NCBI GenBank assembly: GCA_963777505.1
Contig: CAVZQN010000001.1
Coordinates: 448,001-512,000 of the forward strand
From: an uncultured bacterium
GTDB lineage: Bacteria > Acidobacteriota > HRBIN11 > JAKEFK01
DNA length: 64,000 bases
Direction of reading: 5' to 3'
The notes under the pieces are model-generated. The model did no database searches. It saw only the letters and a list, made by a program, of their open reading frames with translations, and was not told the DNA's origin. Below, piece after piece: positions 42,991-52,494 of the stretch; positions within the stretch are counted from its first letter, which is position 1, and the number at the start of each line of letters is the position of its first letter. A program made the position numbers and the translations under genes.

Positions 42991-44160
42991 TTACTGCTGC
43001 AAACGACGGATGTAGATGTTGCCGTTTACTGTTTCGAGATTGATGACTTCCCCACCCCCGCCAAGCTGATACGTAGCGCGGATTTCACGCATATCATCAT
43101 CTGTTATATATGAAGCAGATTTGAAATCAGAAGACACTGCATAATCCTCTTTCGAATCTTTCCAATGTCCACGAATACGGATCCGTGCTTCAATTGTGGC
43201 TTTTGAATTTTCAGGGATAAACAATGTGACATCCCCTCCCGCAGTAGCAAGCCGGCTTCCGCCGCTACCAGATGGTTTAAGTTGCGCTTCAACATCACCA
43301 CCTGCAGTTTCTCCCATCACCGAACCGGTCACATTTTTCAGATGTAAGTCGCCGCCAGCAGTTTTTGCCTGCACAACACCGCTAGCGCCATTCAGAACTA
43401 TGTCACCACCAGCAGTCCTCATCGTTGCGCTGCCCGACACTTTTCCTACTTGAATATCACCACCGGCAGTTGACACATTTGCTTCGCCACCAACATCACC
43501 AACAATCACGTCTCCACCGGCCGTGGAAGCTTTTAATGTTTTACCTACATTACCCACGTGAATATCGCCGCCGGAAGTATGAAGTTCAACTTTGTTTGTA
43601 ATTGTTTGAACTTGAATGTCGCCACCTGATGTGTGAAGTTTTGCCTCACCATCAATTTTTCCTGCAGTAATATCACCGCCGGAAGTACTCATATCCAACT
43701 GGCCATTGATGTCACCGAGACGGATATCACCTCCCGATGTATTACCGGAAATCCTGCCCGTTAAATTTCCTTGCAATCGGATATCGCCACCCGAAGTTCG
43801 AAGATTCATATCGAACTGACTTGGGACTTGAATATCAAACCGCACATAACCGGACCATCCATGTGAATCATTAAAACGGATTCGAACTACGTTTCCAGAT
43901 TGGCTCATCTGAAGACTGTCAAGATCTTCATCTGCAATCCCTTCGACTTTGATCGAAACTTCATTCTTTTCCCAACCGCTGATCCAAATATCTCCCGATT
44001 CAACTCCAACCTGGAGTGTATCTCCCTTGTTTACACTGAACGTTTGCGTCCTCGTGTTTGCACCTGTGGAATGTTTTTCGTTTTTATTTCCTGCATCTGC
44101 GATCGGTGGAACCAAACCTAACACCACCAGTACCAGCAGAGCTTGCCAACGTCTCTTCAT
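42991..44160 (-). CDS. DUF4097 beta-strand repeat protein, secreted
   Basis: Signal peptide; many T(S/A)GGD(I/V) repeats; ends ETVNGNIYI. Confidence 0.85.
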   Translation of the reverse strand: MKRRWQALLVLVVLGLVPPIADAGNKNEKHSTGANTRTQTFSVNKGDTLQVGVESGDIWISGWEKNEVSIKVEGIADEDLDSLQMSQSGNVVRIRFNDSHGWSGYVRFDIQVPSQFDMNLRTSGGDIRLQGNLTGRISGNTSGGDIRLGDINGQLDMSTSGGDITAGKIDGEAKLHTSGGDIQVQTITNKVELHTSGGDIHVGNVGKTLKASTAGGDVIVGDVGGEANVSTAGGDIQVGKVSGSATMRTAGGDIVLNGASGVVQAKTAGGDLHLKNVTGSVMGETAGGDVEAQLKPSGSGGSRLATAGGDVTLFIPENSKATIEARIRIRGHWKDSKEDYAVSSDFKSASYITDDDMREIRATYQLGGGGEVINLETVNGNIYIRRLQQ

Positions 44161-45137
44161 TGCTGACTGACCTCCTTCAAGTAATCTTTCGCTCTGCGGC
44201 GAATGTAACTGTTATTGTCTGATTCACTTTTTTCTCTCAACACATCTAACATCTGTTTATCTTGAACTTTACTGCCTTCTAAACTTTTGATGGCATCGAT
44301 GCGCAATGATGCATTTGCATCACTCTCAAGCACAGCCAAAAAGGCTGCCTGAATTTCCTGATCAAACTCATACGTCTTCAGAACTACCATCGCTTCTTTG
44401 CGAACAGCATCATTGGAGTCTGATGTGAGCGCTGTAATTAATGCTTGTTTCACCTCTGGATCTGCCGTGGCTTTTTTCTGCGCGCCGATTGTATTGACTG
44501 CGCGTAGTCTGACGCCGTCATTTTGTTCTTTTAAAAGCGCGTACGTTAACATCTCCTGAATATTTGGATCGTTAACTGGTCCTTTGAATCGCATCGGCCG
44601 AAACGCGTCAAATGCAAATTCAACTTGACCATCGCTTGGATCCGCATCCATAAAACGGATATTGGAAACTTCGATATCAGGCTGAGCGATCAACTCTTTG
44701 AAAGCAACATTCGTTTTAAAGGGATCTTCTTTTGTTACTATTGCAATCGGATTTGATGAAGGAACTTGCGATTTGAACAATACATAACCAGATAGGAGAC
44801 CAACGATAAGCATCGAAGCGAAGCCCAGAGCAACTCGCGGAGTTGGAATCAATCCGGAAAACCATTCGCGCAGACGCGAAGAGCCAGTTTGCTTGTTGCG
44901 TTCGTTACGCAAAGCTGCGCGCAGTTCCTGCCGTGCTTCTTGAAGCAATGACTCCGTTGGAATTTGTACAGCATGATTGTCCATAACTCTATGGAGTCGT
45001 TTCAGCTGTTCCAATTCCTGACTGCACTCCTGGCAAGCATTCAAGTGGTCTTCAGTTAGATTTTTCCGTTCCGCATCCAGCTCTTCATAAGCCAGAAGAT
45101 TTACCCATTCTTTCCATTGTTGATGATTCATGTTCAT
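44157..45137 (-). CDS. anti-sigma factor (zf-HC2) with TM and HEAT repeats
   Basis: HLNACQEC motif, a TM helix and N.GVRL.A / N.AVRKEA HEAT repeats. Confidence 0.8.
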   Translation of the reverse strand: MNMNHQQWKEWVNLLAYEELDAERKNLTEDHLNACQECSQELEQLKRLHRVMDNHAVQIPTESLLQEARQELRAALRNERNKQTGSSRLREWFSGLIPTPRVALGFASMLIVGLLSGYVLFKSQVPSSNPIAIVTKEDPFKTNVAFKELIAQPDIEVSNIRFMDADPSDGQVEFAFDAFRPMRFKGPVNDPNIQEMLTYALLKEQNDGVRLRAVNTIGAQKKATADPEVKQALITALTSDSNDAVRKEAMVVLKTYEFDQEIQAAFLAVLESDANASLRIDAIKSLEGSKVQDKQMLDVLREKSESDNNSYIRRRAKDYLKEVSQQ

Positions 45138-45158
45138 CGCTCCTTCACCTCTCGCGCG

Positions 45159-45752
45159 TCAGAGAAGATCCCTTAACTGATCGCGTAATTTTTCATTTGC
45201 AACGAAGAGGTGTTTTTTAACTGTTCCCTCTGCGCAATTCAACATTTCAGCAATCTCCCGCAATTTATAACCCTGATAATGTTTCATCGTAAAAACCATT
45301 TTTTGCTGGGGAGATAACGTTTCCATCGCTTTTTGTACCTGTTCTGTAATTTCCGAATTCACACTTTGTTGATCCGGCGGCGTACCATCTGCCAGTACAT
45401 CGGAAAGCGAGTACGCCGTGCCATCGTGTCGCGCGATCTCCTGATCGATCGATTGATGTTGATGACGCTTCGTCTTTGTACGATGCGTCAAACAAACATT
45501 GGTTGTTATCTTGTGTAACCATGTCGAAAATTTGCTCTCAAATCGAAATCCCGGTAATGCCCGGTAAACCCGAATAAATACTTCTTGATATACATCTTTA
45601 GCGTCCTCAGCGTGATGTGTATAACTAAGCGCTATCGATAAAACTTGTTGATCGTAGCGGCTTACAAGTCGTTCAAACGCAATAGGATCTCCGCTCTGGG
45701 CATTCTGCACCAGTTCCATCTCATCTGGAATCATCACATCAACCACATACAT
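45159..45752 (-). CDS. ECF RNA polymerase sigma factor
   Basis: AFERLV..Y, DVYQEVF, FSTWL and EIAEML...GTVK motifs; the true start may be ATG45734. Confidence 0.9.
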   Translation of the reverse strand: MYVVDVMIPDEMELVQNAQSGDPIAFERLVSRYDQQVLSIALSYTHHAEDAKDVYQEVFIRVYRALPGFRFESKFSTWLHKITTNVCLTHRTKTKRHQHQSIDQEIARHDGTAYSLSDVLADGTPPDQQSVNSEITEQVQKAMETLSPQQKMVFTMKHYQGYKLREIAEMLNCAEGTVKKHLFVANEKLRDQLRDLL

Positions 45753-45779
45753 TTAGACCGGAAGTTATTGAAAAGGTTG
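45753..45779 (-). promoter_or_regulatory. putative autoregulatory ECF promoter
   Basis: Minus strand reads cAAC-N17-GTCTAA directly upstream of the ECF gene. Confidence 0.45.
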
Positions 45780-45798
45780 GTTCCCAATACGTTACATG

Positions 45799-45871
45799 GT
45801 AGGGGCGAGTCTAAGACTCGCCCGCAAATTGATTGCGGCAATAAGAGGGCGGGCCCAAGGGCCGCCCCTAC
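45799..45871. repeat. REP doublet (REPIN/BIME-like) with GTAG ends
   Basis: GTAGGGGCGAGTCTAAGACTCGCCC ... GGGCGGGCCCAAGGGCCGCCCCTAC. Confidence 0.8.
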
Positions 45872-45877
45872 GAATTA

Positions 45878-46204
45878 TTATTCTACAGAATATTTTACGT
45901 TGCGAACTCGGGCGCTCGAAGTTCCCGCAGGTGGTTCATACGATCCGAAGTCACGGGTATCTCGAGGAGAAAGCCTGCAATCACCCTTGCAGCCTTCATT
46001 CCGTTCTTCGATTGGTGCGCCTTTGGAGTTATAAAAAACAATAAGAATTCCACCCACCCGGATGGCACGATCCGTATCATTCTGAATGCGGACCCAAAAC
46101 ATCCCTTGATCGTCCTCCCACATCGTGTACACGACATCTCCAGCCATAGCCGGAAGACTCAATAACACTATGGCTACGAGCAGTATCGAATGTCTATAGT
46201 TCAC
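45878..46204 (-). CDS. small secreted protein (FxLYD-like Ig fold)
   Basis: Signal peptide; pattern I.N...V.FY..KG...L.P.DT..F; GGAGG RBS. Confidence 0.55.
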   Translation of the reverse strand: MNYRHSILLVAIVLLSLPAMAGDVVYTMWEDDQGMFWVRIQNDTDRAIRVGGILIVFYNSKGAPIEERNEGCKGDCRLSPRDTRDFGSYEPPAGTSSARVRNVKYSVE

Positions 46205-46322
46205 CTTGATGCCTCCACTGCTATCTTACTATACAAAGTTCATGCCGAATTAGCCACGACGAGCCCCTGCTCCCGTCTGCTCATACAATAGGACACTTTG
46301 CCTTACAGCAAAGACACAAAGT

Positions 46323-47444
46323 TTATTCAAAGAGGTTTTGAAATGTCTCCCAGGGTACGGGAGAAACTTTAGCGGTTTCCAGATTTTCTTCTGCATGCGC
46401 AGGAGTACCCATTCCGATTAAGGCAGTGGTAACTCCAGGTGTAGATCGTACGAACTGAATGGCCTTTTGCGCATCTGTTTTCAAGCTTCCAAAAAATTCC
46501 TGAATCGAAGAAGGCAAATTACGCGAGAGTTGTCCTTGTAGTATGGAAGCGCTTGTCATCACGATCATGTCTTGTTTCTGCGCTGCTTCTAACAAGGAAA
46601 CTTTGCTGCTTCCAAAGTTTTGATTCTGCAACGTAAAAGCCTGAGACATTCCAAGATTGTATGGAAGTTGTAACACCCGAAAATGGTGATCATCTCCTTT
46701 TCCAGCAACGCGCGCGAGACCGATCATTTCTTCAAGCGAAAGATAATTCTGCGCACCAGGCTTACTTCTGTAACCATCCCATGTTGCGGTTCCGTAGAAT
46801 TGGATCTTGCCAGCATCAACTTGTGTTTCCAGAAACTGGAATGCCGCAAGCATCCGCTTCAAAAAATCCTGTTTTGAAATTTCGGAAAGTTGCGTCTCAG
46901 GATTATGAATAAAGTAAATATCGATTGTTTCCAGTCCAAGATTTTCCAGACTCTGATTGAGCTGGTTTTCCAAATAATTTGGAGTCATACAATGACAGTT
47001 CGCGACGATATCATCCGCAGAACAGATGCCTTTTTCAATGTAGGTATCATGAAAGTATCGGGAAGGATTTGGCGGATACGATCCATCAAATGTCAGGAAC
47101 CCACCTTTAGTAGAAATGACTACTTCTTCGCGGCTAACTACACTTTCGTTGATCGCTTTTCTTAGCGCTGTGCCGATCGTGCGTTCACTTCGCATAAAGC
47201 GATAATTGATGGCGGTATCGATAAGATTTGAACCGCTTCCAAGAGCTTTCAAAATTGAACTTTCGTAGGCTCGATCACTTTCATCATCAGGATTTCCGAG
47301 ATAGGTTCCCAATCCGATGGACGAAATGTGTAATCCCTGAGCCTGACGGAAGTGATCCGCCGGTATTTTTCCACTGAACCGGTTAACGTATCGCGTTGTA
47401 CCTTCCGGTGTTGCTTTTCCAGTAATTTTCACTTGTGTAGTCAT
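46323..47444 (-). CDS. aldo/keto reductase
   Basis: SSIGLGT, DTAINY, STKGG, DIYFIHNP and QLPYNL motifs. Confidence 0.88.
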   Translation of the reverse strand: MTTQVKITGKATPEGTTRYVNRFSGKIPADHFRQAQGLHISSIGLGTYLGNPDDESDRAYESSILKALGSGSNLIDTAINYRFMRSERTIGTALRKAINESVVSREEVVISTKGGFLTFDGSYPPNPSRYFHDTYIEKGICSADDIVANCHCMTPNYLENQLNQSLENLGLETIDIYFIHNPETQLSEISKQDFLKRMLAAFQFLETQVDAGKIQFYGTATWDGYRSKPGAQNYLSLEEMIGLARVAGKGDDHHFRVLQLPYNLGMSQAFTLQNQNFGSSKVSLLEAAQKQDMIVMTSASILQGQLSRNLPSSIQEFFGSLKTDAQKAIQFVRSTPGVTTALIGMGTPAHAEENLETAKVSPVPWETFQNLFE

Positions 47445-47521
47445 TTGAATAGTATAGGGGCACAAACAATAAGACGCTATGTTGGATTTATGATAGAATT
47501 GTCGAGGGGACCAATCCTTAC

Positions 47522-50159
47522 ATGGTTGATAGAAAAAGTACGATCGGGCGGTTCGAAATTATTGAAAAGATAGGAGAAGGCCCGATCGGGTCCGTTTATA
47601 AAGCACTCGATCCTGTCATTCGCCGCACTGTAGCAATCAAAGTCATCAAACTTTACGCTCTTGAAGAATCGGCAACATTTGCCGAAGTATTTGAAAAAAT
47701 TTACAGGGTTGTTCGTACTTCTACATCACTCAACCATCCAAATATCTGCATCATTTACGATCTAAGTGAAGAAAAAAAGATTCCATATATAACGATGGAG
47801 CATGTTGATGGTCATGATCTGGATTGGATGCTGCAAAATAAGCATCAATTTAAGAGGTCGGAAATCATCAATGTTCTGCAGCAAACTTGCGATGCGCTGG
47901 ATTTTGCACACAAGAAACAGGTTATTCATCAAGATCTTAAATCTACAAATATTATTTTGACACCCGATTTACATGTGAAAATTACTGATTTCGGAATTGC
48001 AGGCCTGGATGAAATTGCTGCAGCACAAACGAAAAAACTTCTCAGCATTCCTTACTACATCGCTCCTGAACAAGCACTTGGCGAAAAAGTAACTCCATCG
48101 AGTGATCTGTTTTCGCTAGGTGTGATTATGTATCAAGTGCTTTCGGGACAACTTCCGTTTCCTGGATCGAGCGCAGCGAATGTAATCATGATGATTGCTC
48201 GCGACAATCCCAGCACGCCAAAAGATATTGAAAAATCTGGAATCAACGCGGATGCCTGGAGTTCATTCTTCAGTGTAGCCCTTGCAAAATCTCCGGAACA
48301 GCGTTTTAAGACTGCCAATGAAATGTTTTCTGCATTTCAAAAAATATTGCCTTCATCTGAAACTTCATACTTTCCTTACTTTGTGGAAGGAGGAGCAGGT
48401 GATTCTACCGGGAAGTTCGAAAAGACATATGTAGGAGATTCTCCAACAATGTTAATCGATCCTTCAACAGATGCTTGATGAAGGACCGGATCAATATGAA
48501 AGTTCAGGGGCAACGATCTCGATACCAGCTCCAGGAAAATCTCCGGCAGCTGCTTCAGAACTGACAATGGCTTACAATCCTGAGCCTGAATCGGCATATC
48601 AACTTCTGGAATCCAGTATGCCTGATCAGGAGGCGCCAACCGGTTCGATTCGAGCTTCGGAAGCTAGCGAAACAATGATTGTTAATACAACACCGGAATC
48701 TACGGTGCCGCCTTCGAAGTCGTACATGCCCGAAGAGGAAGATGCTTCTCCGATGGCGCCAACTCAAATGATTTCGATGTCTGAACTTCCGAAAACATCA
48801 ACGGCGGAAAAGCCGCCTCATCAGACTCAATCGCGTTCACCAGCTCCACCAATACCGCCTCCTCCTCCAAAGCAGCAGACAATTCCACCTGTAAATCGAC
48901 CGCCGGTGCTGCCAACTCCACCGCCACAGAAATATGAAACGTACAATCCTCCTCCATTGGAAGATTCCGGCGTGGAAGAGTTGGAGATGCCAGCAACACA
49001 AATGATTTCGATGCCTCAAGCCACAACAGGAGTAAAGAATCCGCCGCCACCAGCACCCACACCCTCACCAATGCATGTGCCTCCTCCGCCGAAGCAATCT
49101 ATTCCAGATTCACCATATTCATTGCCATCATCTCCGAAACCAGCAGGTGCGGCTGCTCCTCCAGGAGCAAAATCCGCGTTGAAAATGTATTGGATTGGAG
49201 CTATTGCCGCTGCACTCATCATTGCTGTTGCAGGTGCATTTTTCTTACTCCCAAAACTAAAAGGGCCTGAGAAAAAAGAAGTTGTTGTAACTCCGCCAGA
49301 ACCAAAACCGATCCAGGTAGAACCGAAACCAAAAGAACCTGAGGTCGTTGTTCCTGTAATTACAACCGGGAAAATAATCGTTAACTCGGAGCCAGTCGGC
49401 GCGACAGTTCTGCTGAATGAAGAAGATAAAGGAATTACACCAGTTGAACTTCCTGAATTACCATTCGGCACATATATTTTGAAACTGCGATCAAAGGGAT
49501 ATCAAGAAGTTCAACAGGAAGTAGTCCTCAGTGCAGATAGTCCCGAGTTTACTGTCGGCCCGGTGGTTTTGGAGAAAGTAGTTCCTACCTCCGGAACTCT
49601 TGTTGTTGATTCGAACCCTAGCGGGGCTTTCATCATTATTCAAAATAAAGCGCTCGGTGTTACTCCGAAGACTCTTGCTAATCAGAAGCCAGGCACAATA
49701 GACATCCTGCTTCGTAAAGATGGTTATCGTGATTTTTCGGGATCCGTAAAAATCACTGCTGGAAAGAAAGCTTCATTCTCTGGAAATCTGGAAGAAATCA
49801 AACAGGTCGTTGAAAAGCCAGTTGAAGTACCGAAACCTCAGGAACCGACTATAGCAACGGGGTCTCTAGTACAAATCTCTGATCCTGACGTTGTACGTCC
49901 GAAACCAATAAAACGGGTGGCTGCAAAGTATCCTGAGATTGCAAAAAAGCAGAGGGTAGAAGGCGTTGTGATGTTGAATGTTCTGATTGGTGAAACTGGC
50001 AAGATTCTCGATGTCAAAGTGGTTCAGACTGCAAGCCCACTCCTTGAACAAGCTGCAATCGATGCAGTTCGGCAATGGGTATATGAACCGGCAACAAAGA
50101 AGGGTGTCAAAGTTAAAGTCTGGGTCCCCGTTCAGATGTCCTTTAAGTCAGGACGTTAA
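47522..50159 (+). CDS. Ser/Thr kinase - Pro-rich linker - TM - 2x PEGA - TonB C-terminal fusion (frameshift ~48470)
   Basis: 47522..48478 is a kinase (VAIK, HQDLKSTN, DFG, APE). 48471..50159 has a Pro-rich linker, TM, two S.P.GA PEGA repeats and a YPEIAK...GVVMLNV...AAIDAVRQW TonB_C domain. Confidence 0.75.
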
Positions 50160-52354
50160 TTTCTTTTAAAAGCCTGTGTCCCTTGATTTGGATATGTACG
50201 CTTGTATGCTTCGTAGTTTGTCCGGACGATCATGACGTACGTGCGTGTTTCTGCAAGATCGATGTTTGAAAAGAATTCGAATGTCTCATCTGTTGATGTA
50301 CAATCCAGCCAGCGTCTCACATTCGATTCACCGCTGTTATAACCAGCAGCAATCACTTCAACACGTTTTCCAAATCTTCCGCTTAAATCCTGAAGATAAC
50401 GCGTCCCCAAATTGATGCTCACTTCAGGAGTATAAAGGTGTTCAAGCGAAAATTCCTTCAGACCAACGTCTGATGCAAGACGGGTTGCAGTGGAAGGTAT
50501 GATTTGCATTAGACCACGCGCAAACGCCGGAGAACGTGCAAAGCGTTTAAATTTACTTTCCTGCCGCATTATAGAAAGTACGAGAAACGGATCCAGATTC
50601 CGAGCGTTTGAAAAACGATTGATCGGTTCGTGATACGGCATCGGAAATAACGTGCGAAGTACTTCTTCAGGAGCCGAATACAATACGTTCAAATTTGAAA
50701 AACTCTTCACAAAAAGTTCTGAATAGTATGTTGCTGTCCCATAATTCTGTCCGAGCCCTGCAATATGTGAGATCATTAAATATCTTTGTTTGCGGTTGGC
50801 AGGATCCACGTCCAGAAAGTTCCAGGTTTCATTTGAGAGCTCTGGTAAAAAAGTAGCGGCTTCGTCGTAAAGGCGTAAATACAATAGTGCAGGCACCACT
50901 TCGCCTTTCGCATAAAGCTCTTGAACTTTTTCGCGCTTTGAAGAATCCGGCAAAGAACCGAGCTTGAACTCCGCGGTTGCAGGCATCTTTACGAAAGAAT
51001 CACGGCTGTGCAATTGATTGAATTTTTCGGCGGCAAGCAGCGAAAAAAAGTCATTTCCGATTGCAATCCGCTCATACAACTTTACAGCTTCTTCTGGCTG
51101 GCCCATTTTTTCCAGCGCGAGCGCTTTCCAAAATAGATTTTCCCTGCTTGGAACCACGCTACTCTTTATCAATGAATCAAAATCTGTGTAGGCTTCCTTA
51201 TAATGACCACCTTGAAAGAAAGTTTTACCTCGCAAGAGAATTGCCTCATGGCGATGTTTCTTAATGTTTGAACTGCAGTATGGATTTATGGTTTTGATTG
51301 CCTCTGCAATTCTTGATTGAGCGCGTAATGCATGAATATATTTTTCAGTAGCATCATCAAGACCTTTCGCCGGCGAACTGCTTCGTAGTTTTGCAAATAT
51401 TTCACTTGCTTTTTGATACTGCCGGGTACGTAAACAAAGATTTCCATATTGTTGCGTTGCAACTTTTGCCATCGGATCCAACGGCCATGTTTTGACTGCA
51501 TCTTCATAGAGTTTGGCTGCGGTTTGTGTATCACCAAGGAAAGCGAGCGTTCGAGCATACAGGTAAGCATTGTTGATGTTTTCATTGGAATGAGCTTTTA
51601 GGTATTTTTGTGCGAGCTCAAAATTCCAAACACGATACGCAAGCCGTCCGCGAGTTATCGACTGTTCCGATGTTAGGTTCCCAGAATCAAGACTATCAAG
51701 CGCAGTAAGAGCCTGGCTCGTAATATCGTCTTCTTTTTTTGCGGAAATAAGATTGAGCAACGCAGCACGCCCAGCTCCTGGATCGTTCTGCAAAAGATGA
51801 ACCCGGGCAGCGTAAAACTGCGTAACTCTTCCAAGCCCTGCTGATGTCCCCACCTGTATACAAAGCGCCCTTAGAGCTTCTGGCTTTTTATTGATCCATG
51901 CGTATTCCAGGGATTCACGTGCAATCGTTGCATATTCAGGATGAGCACGATGCTGCAGGGAAAGACTGTAAAAACGTAAAGCTTCATCCTTAAAATCTAA
52001 GCTTGCAGCAAGTCTCGCCGTAGAAAGTGCAACGGAGCGAGTTAAATGCGGGATTGATGCAAGCACTCGATACGAATGGATTGCCCGTTCGGATTGTCCT
52101 GATTGTACAAGGGCTTTTGCATATAAGAATTCGTACGGCAGTGATTTGAATCCATCAGGATCTTTTTGTCTAAATTGTTCCAATAACTTTATTGCTTCCA
52201 GATAACGGCCTGCGCTGTATTCTTCCAGGATTTGTTCGGACAATGGCAGCGAAGTTGTGGGAGAAACAACAGGAGGCGAAACTCCATTCCCAGCAGGCGA
52301 AAACCCTGCGAGGAAAATCAGAAACAATAACGCCCTTAACCTCATGTACACCAT
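50156..52354 (-). CDS. soluble lytic transglycosylase (Slt70-like) with TPR
   Basis: IMRQES, ARGLMQI, AGYNSG and ETRTYV motifs. Confidence 0.85.
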   Translation of the reverse strand: MVYMRLRALLFLIFLAGFSPAGNGVSPPVVSPTTSLPLSEQILEEYSAGRYLEAIKLLEQFRQKDPDGFKSLPYEFLYAKALVQSGQSERAIHSYRVLASIPHLTRSVALSTARLAASLDFKDEALRFYSLSLQHRAHPEYATIARESLEYAWINKKPEALRALCIQVGTSAGLGRVTQFYAARVHLLQNDPGAGRAALLNLISAKKEDDITSQALTALDSLDSGNLTSEQSITRGRLAYRVWNFELAQKYLKAHSNENINNAYLYARTLAFLGDTQTAAKLYEDAVKTWPLDPMAKVATQQYGNLCLRTRQYQKASEIFAKLRSSSPAKGLDDATEKYIHALRAQSRIAEAIKTINPYCSSNIKKHRHEAILLRGKTFFQGGHYKEAYTDFDSLIKSSVVPSRENLFWKALALEKMGQPEEAVKLYERIAIGNDFFSLLAAEKFNQLHSRDSFVKMPATAEFKLGSLPDSSKREKVQELYAKGEVVPALLYLRLYDEAATFLPELSNETWNFLDVDPANRKQRYLMISHIAGLGQNYGTATYYSELFVKSFSNLNVLYSAPEEVLRTLFPMPYHEPINRFSNARNLDPFLVLSIMRQESKFKRFARSPAFARGLMQIIPSTATRLASDVGLKEFSLEHLYTPEVSINLGTRYLQDLSGRFGKRVEVIAAGYNSGESNVRRWLDCTSTDETFEFFSNIDLAETRTYVMIVRTNYEAYKRTYPNQGTQAFKRN

Positions 52355-52494
52355 ATCTTAACAAAGCGGCGGCCAGTTCGGCCAGCATAGCTGCAAGAAA
52401 AATGAAACATTTTAAGGAAATCGCAGTAAACTAATTACACTCGGTGTTACTGAGACAGCACCCTTTCAATATAATTCTGGGCCAGAGAGAATCG

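Noticed and set aside
43200-43800. Periodic DNA similarity resembling a CRISPR or tandem array
   Set aside because: Explained by the coding T(S/A)GGD repeats of DUF4097; there are no identical repeats with unique spacers
42991-45752. ECF / anti-sigma-HEAT / DUF4097 operon as a novel system
   Set aside because: It is a common arrangement in Acidobacteriota and related phyla
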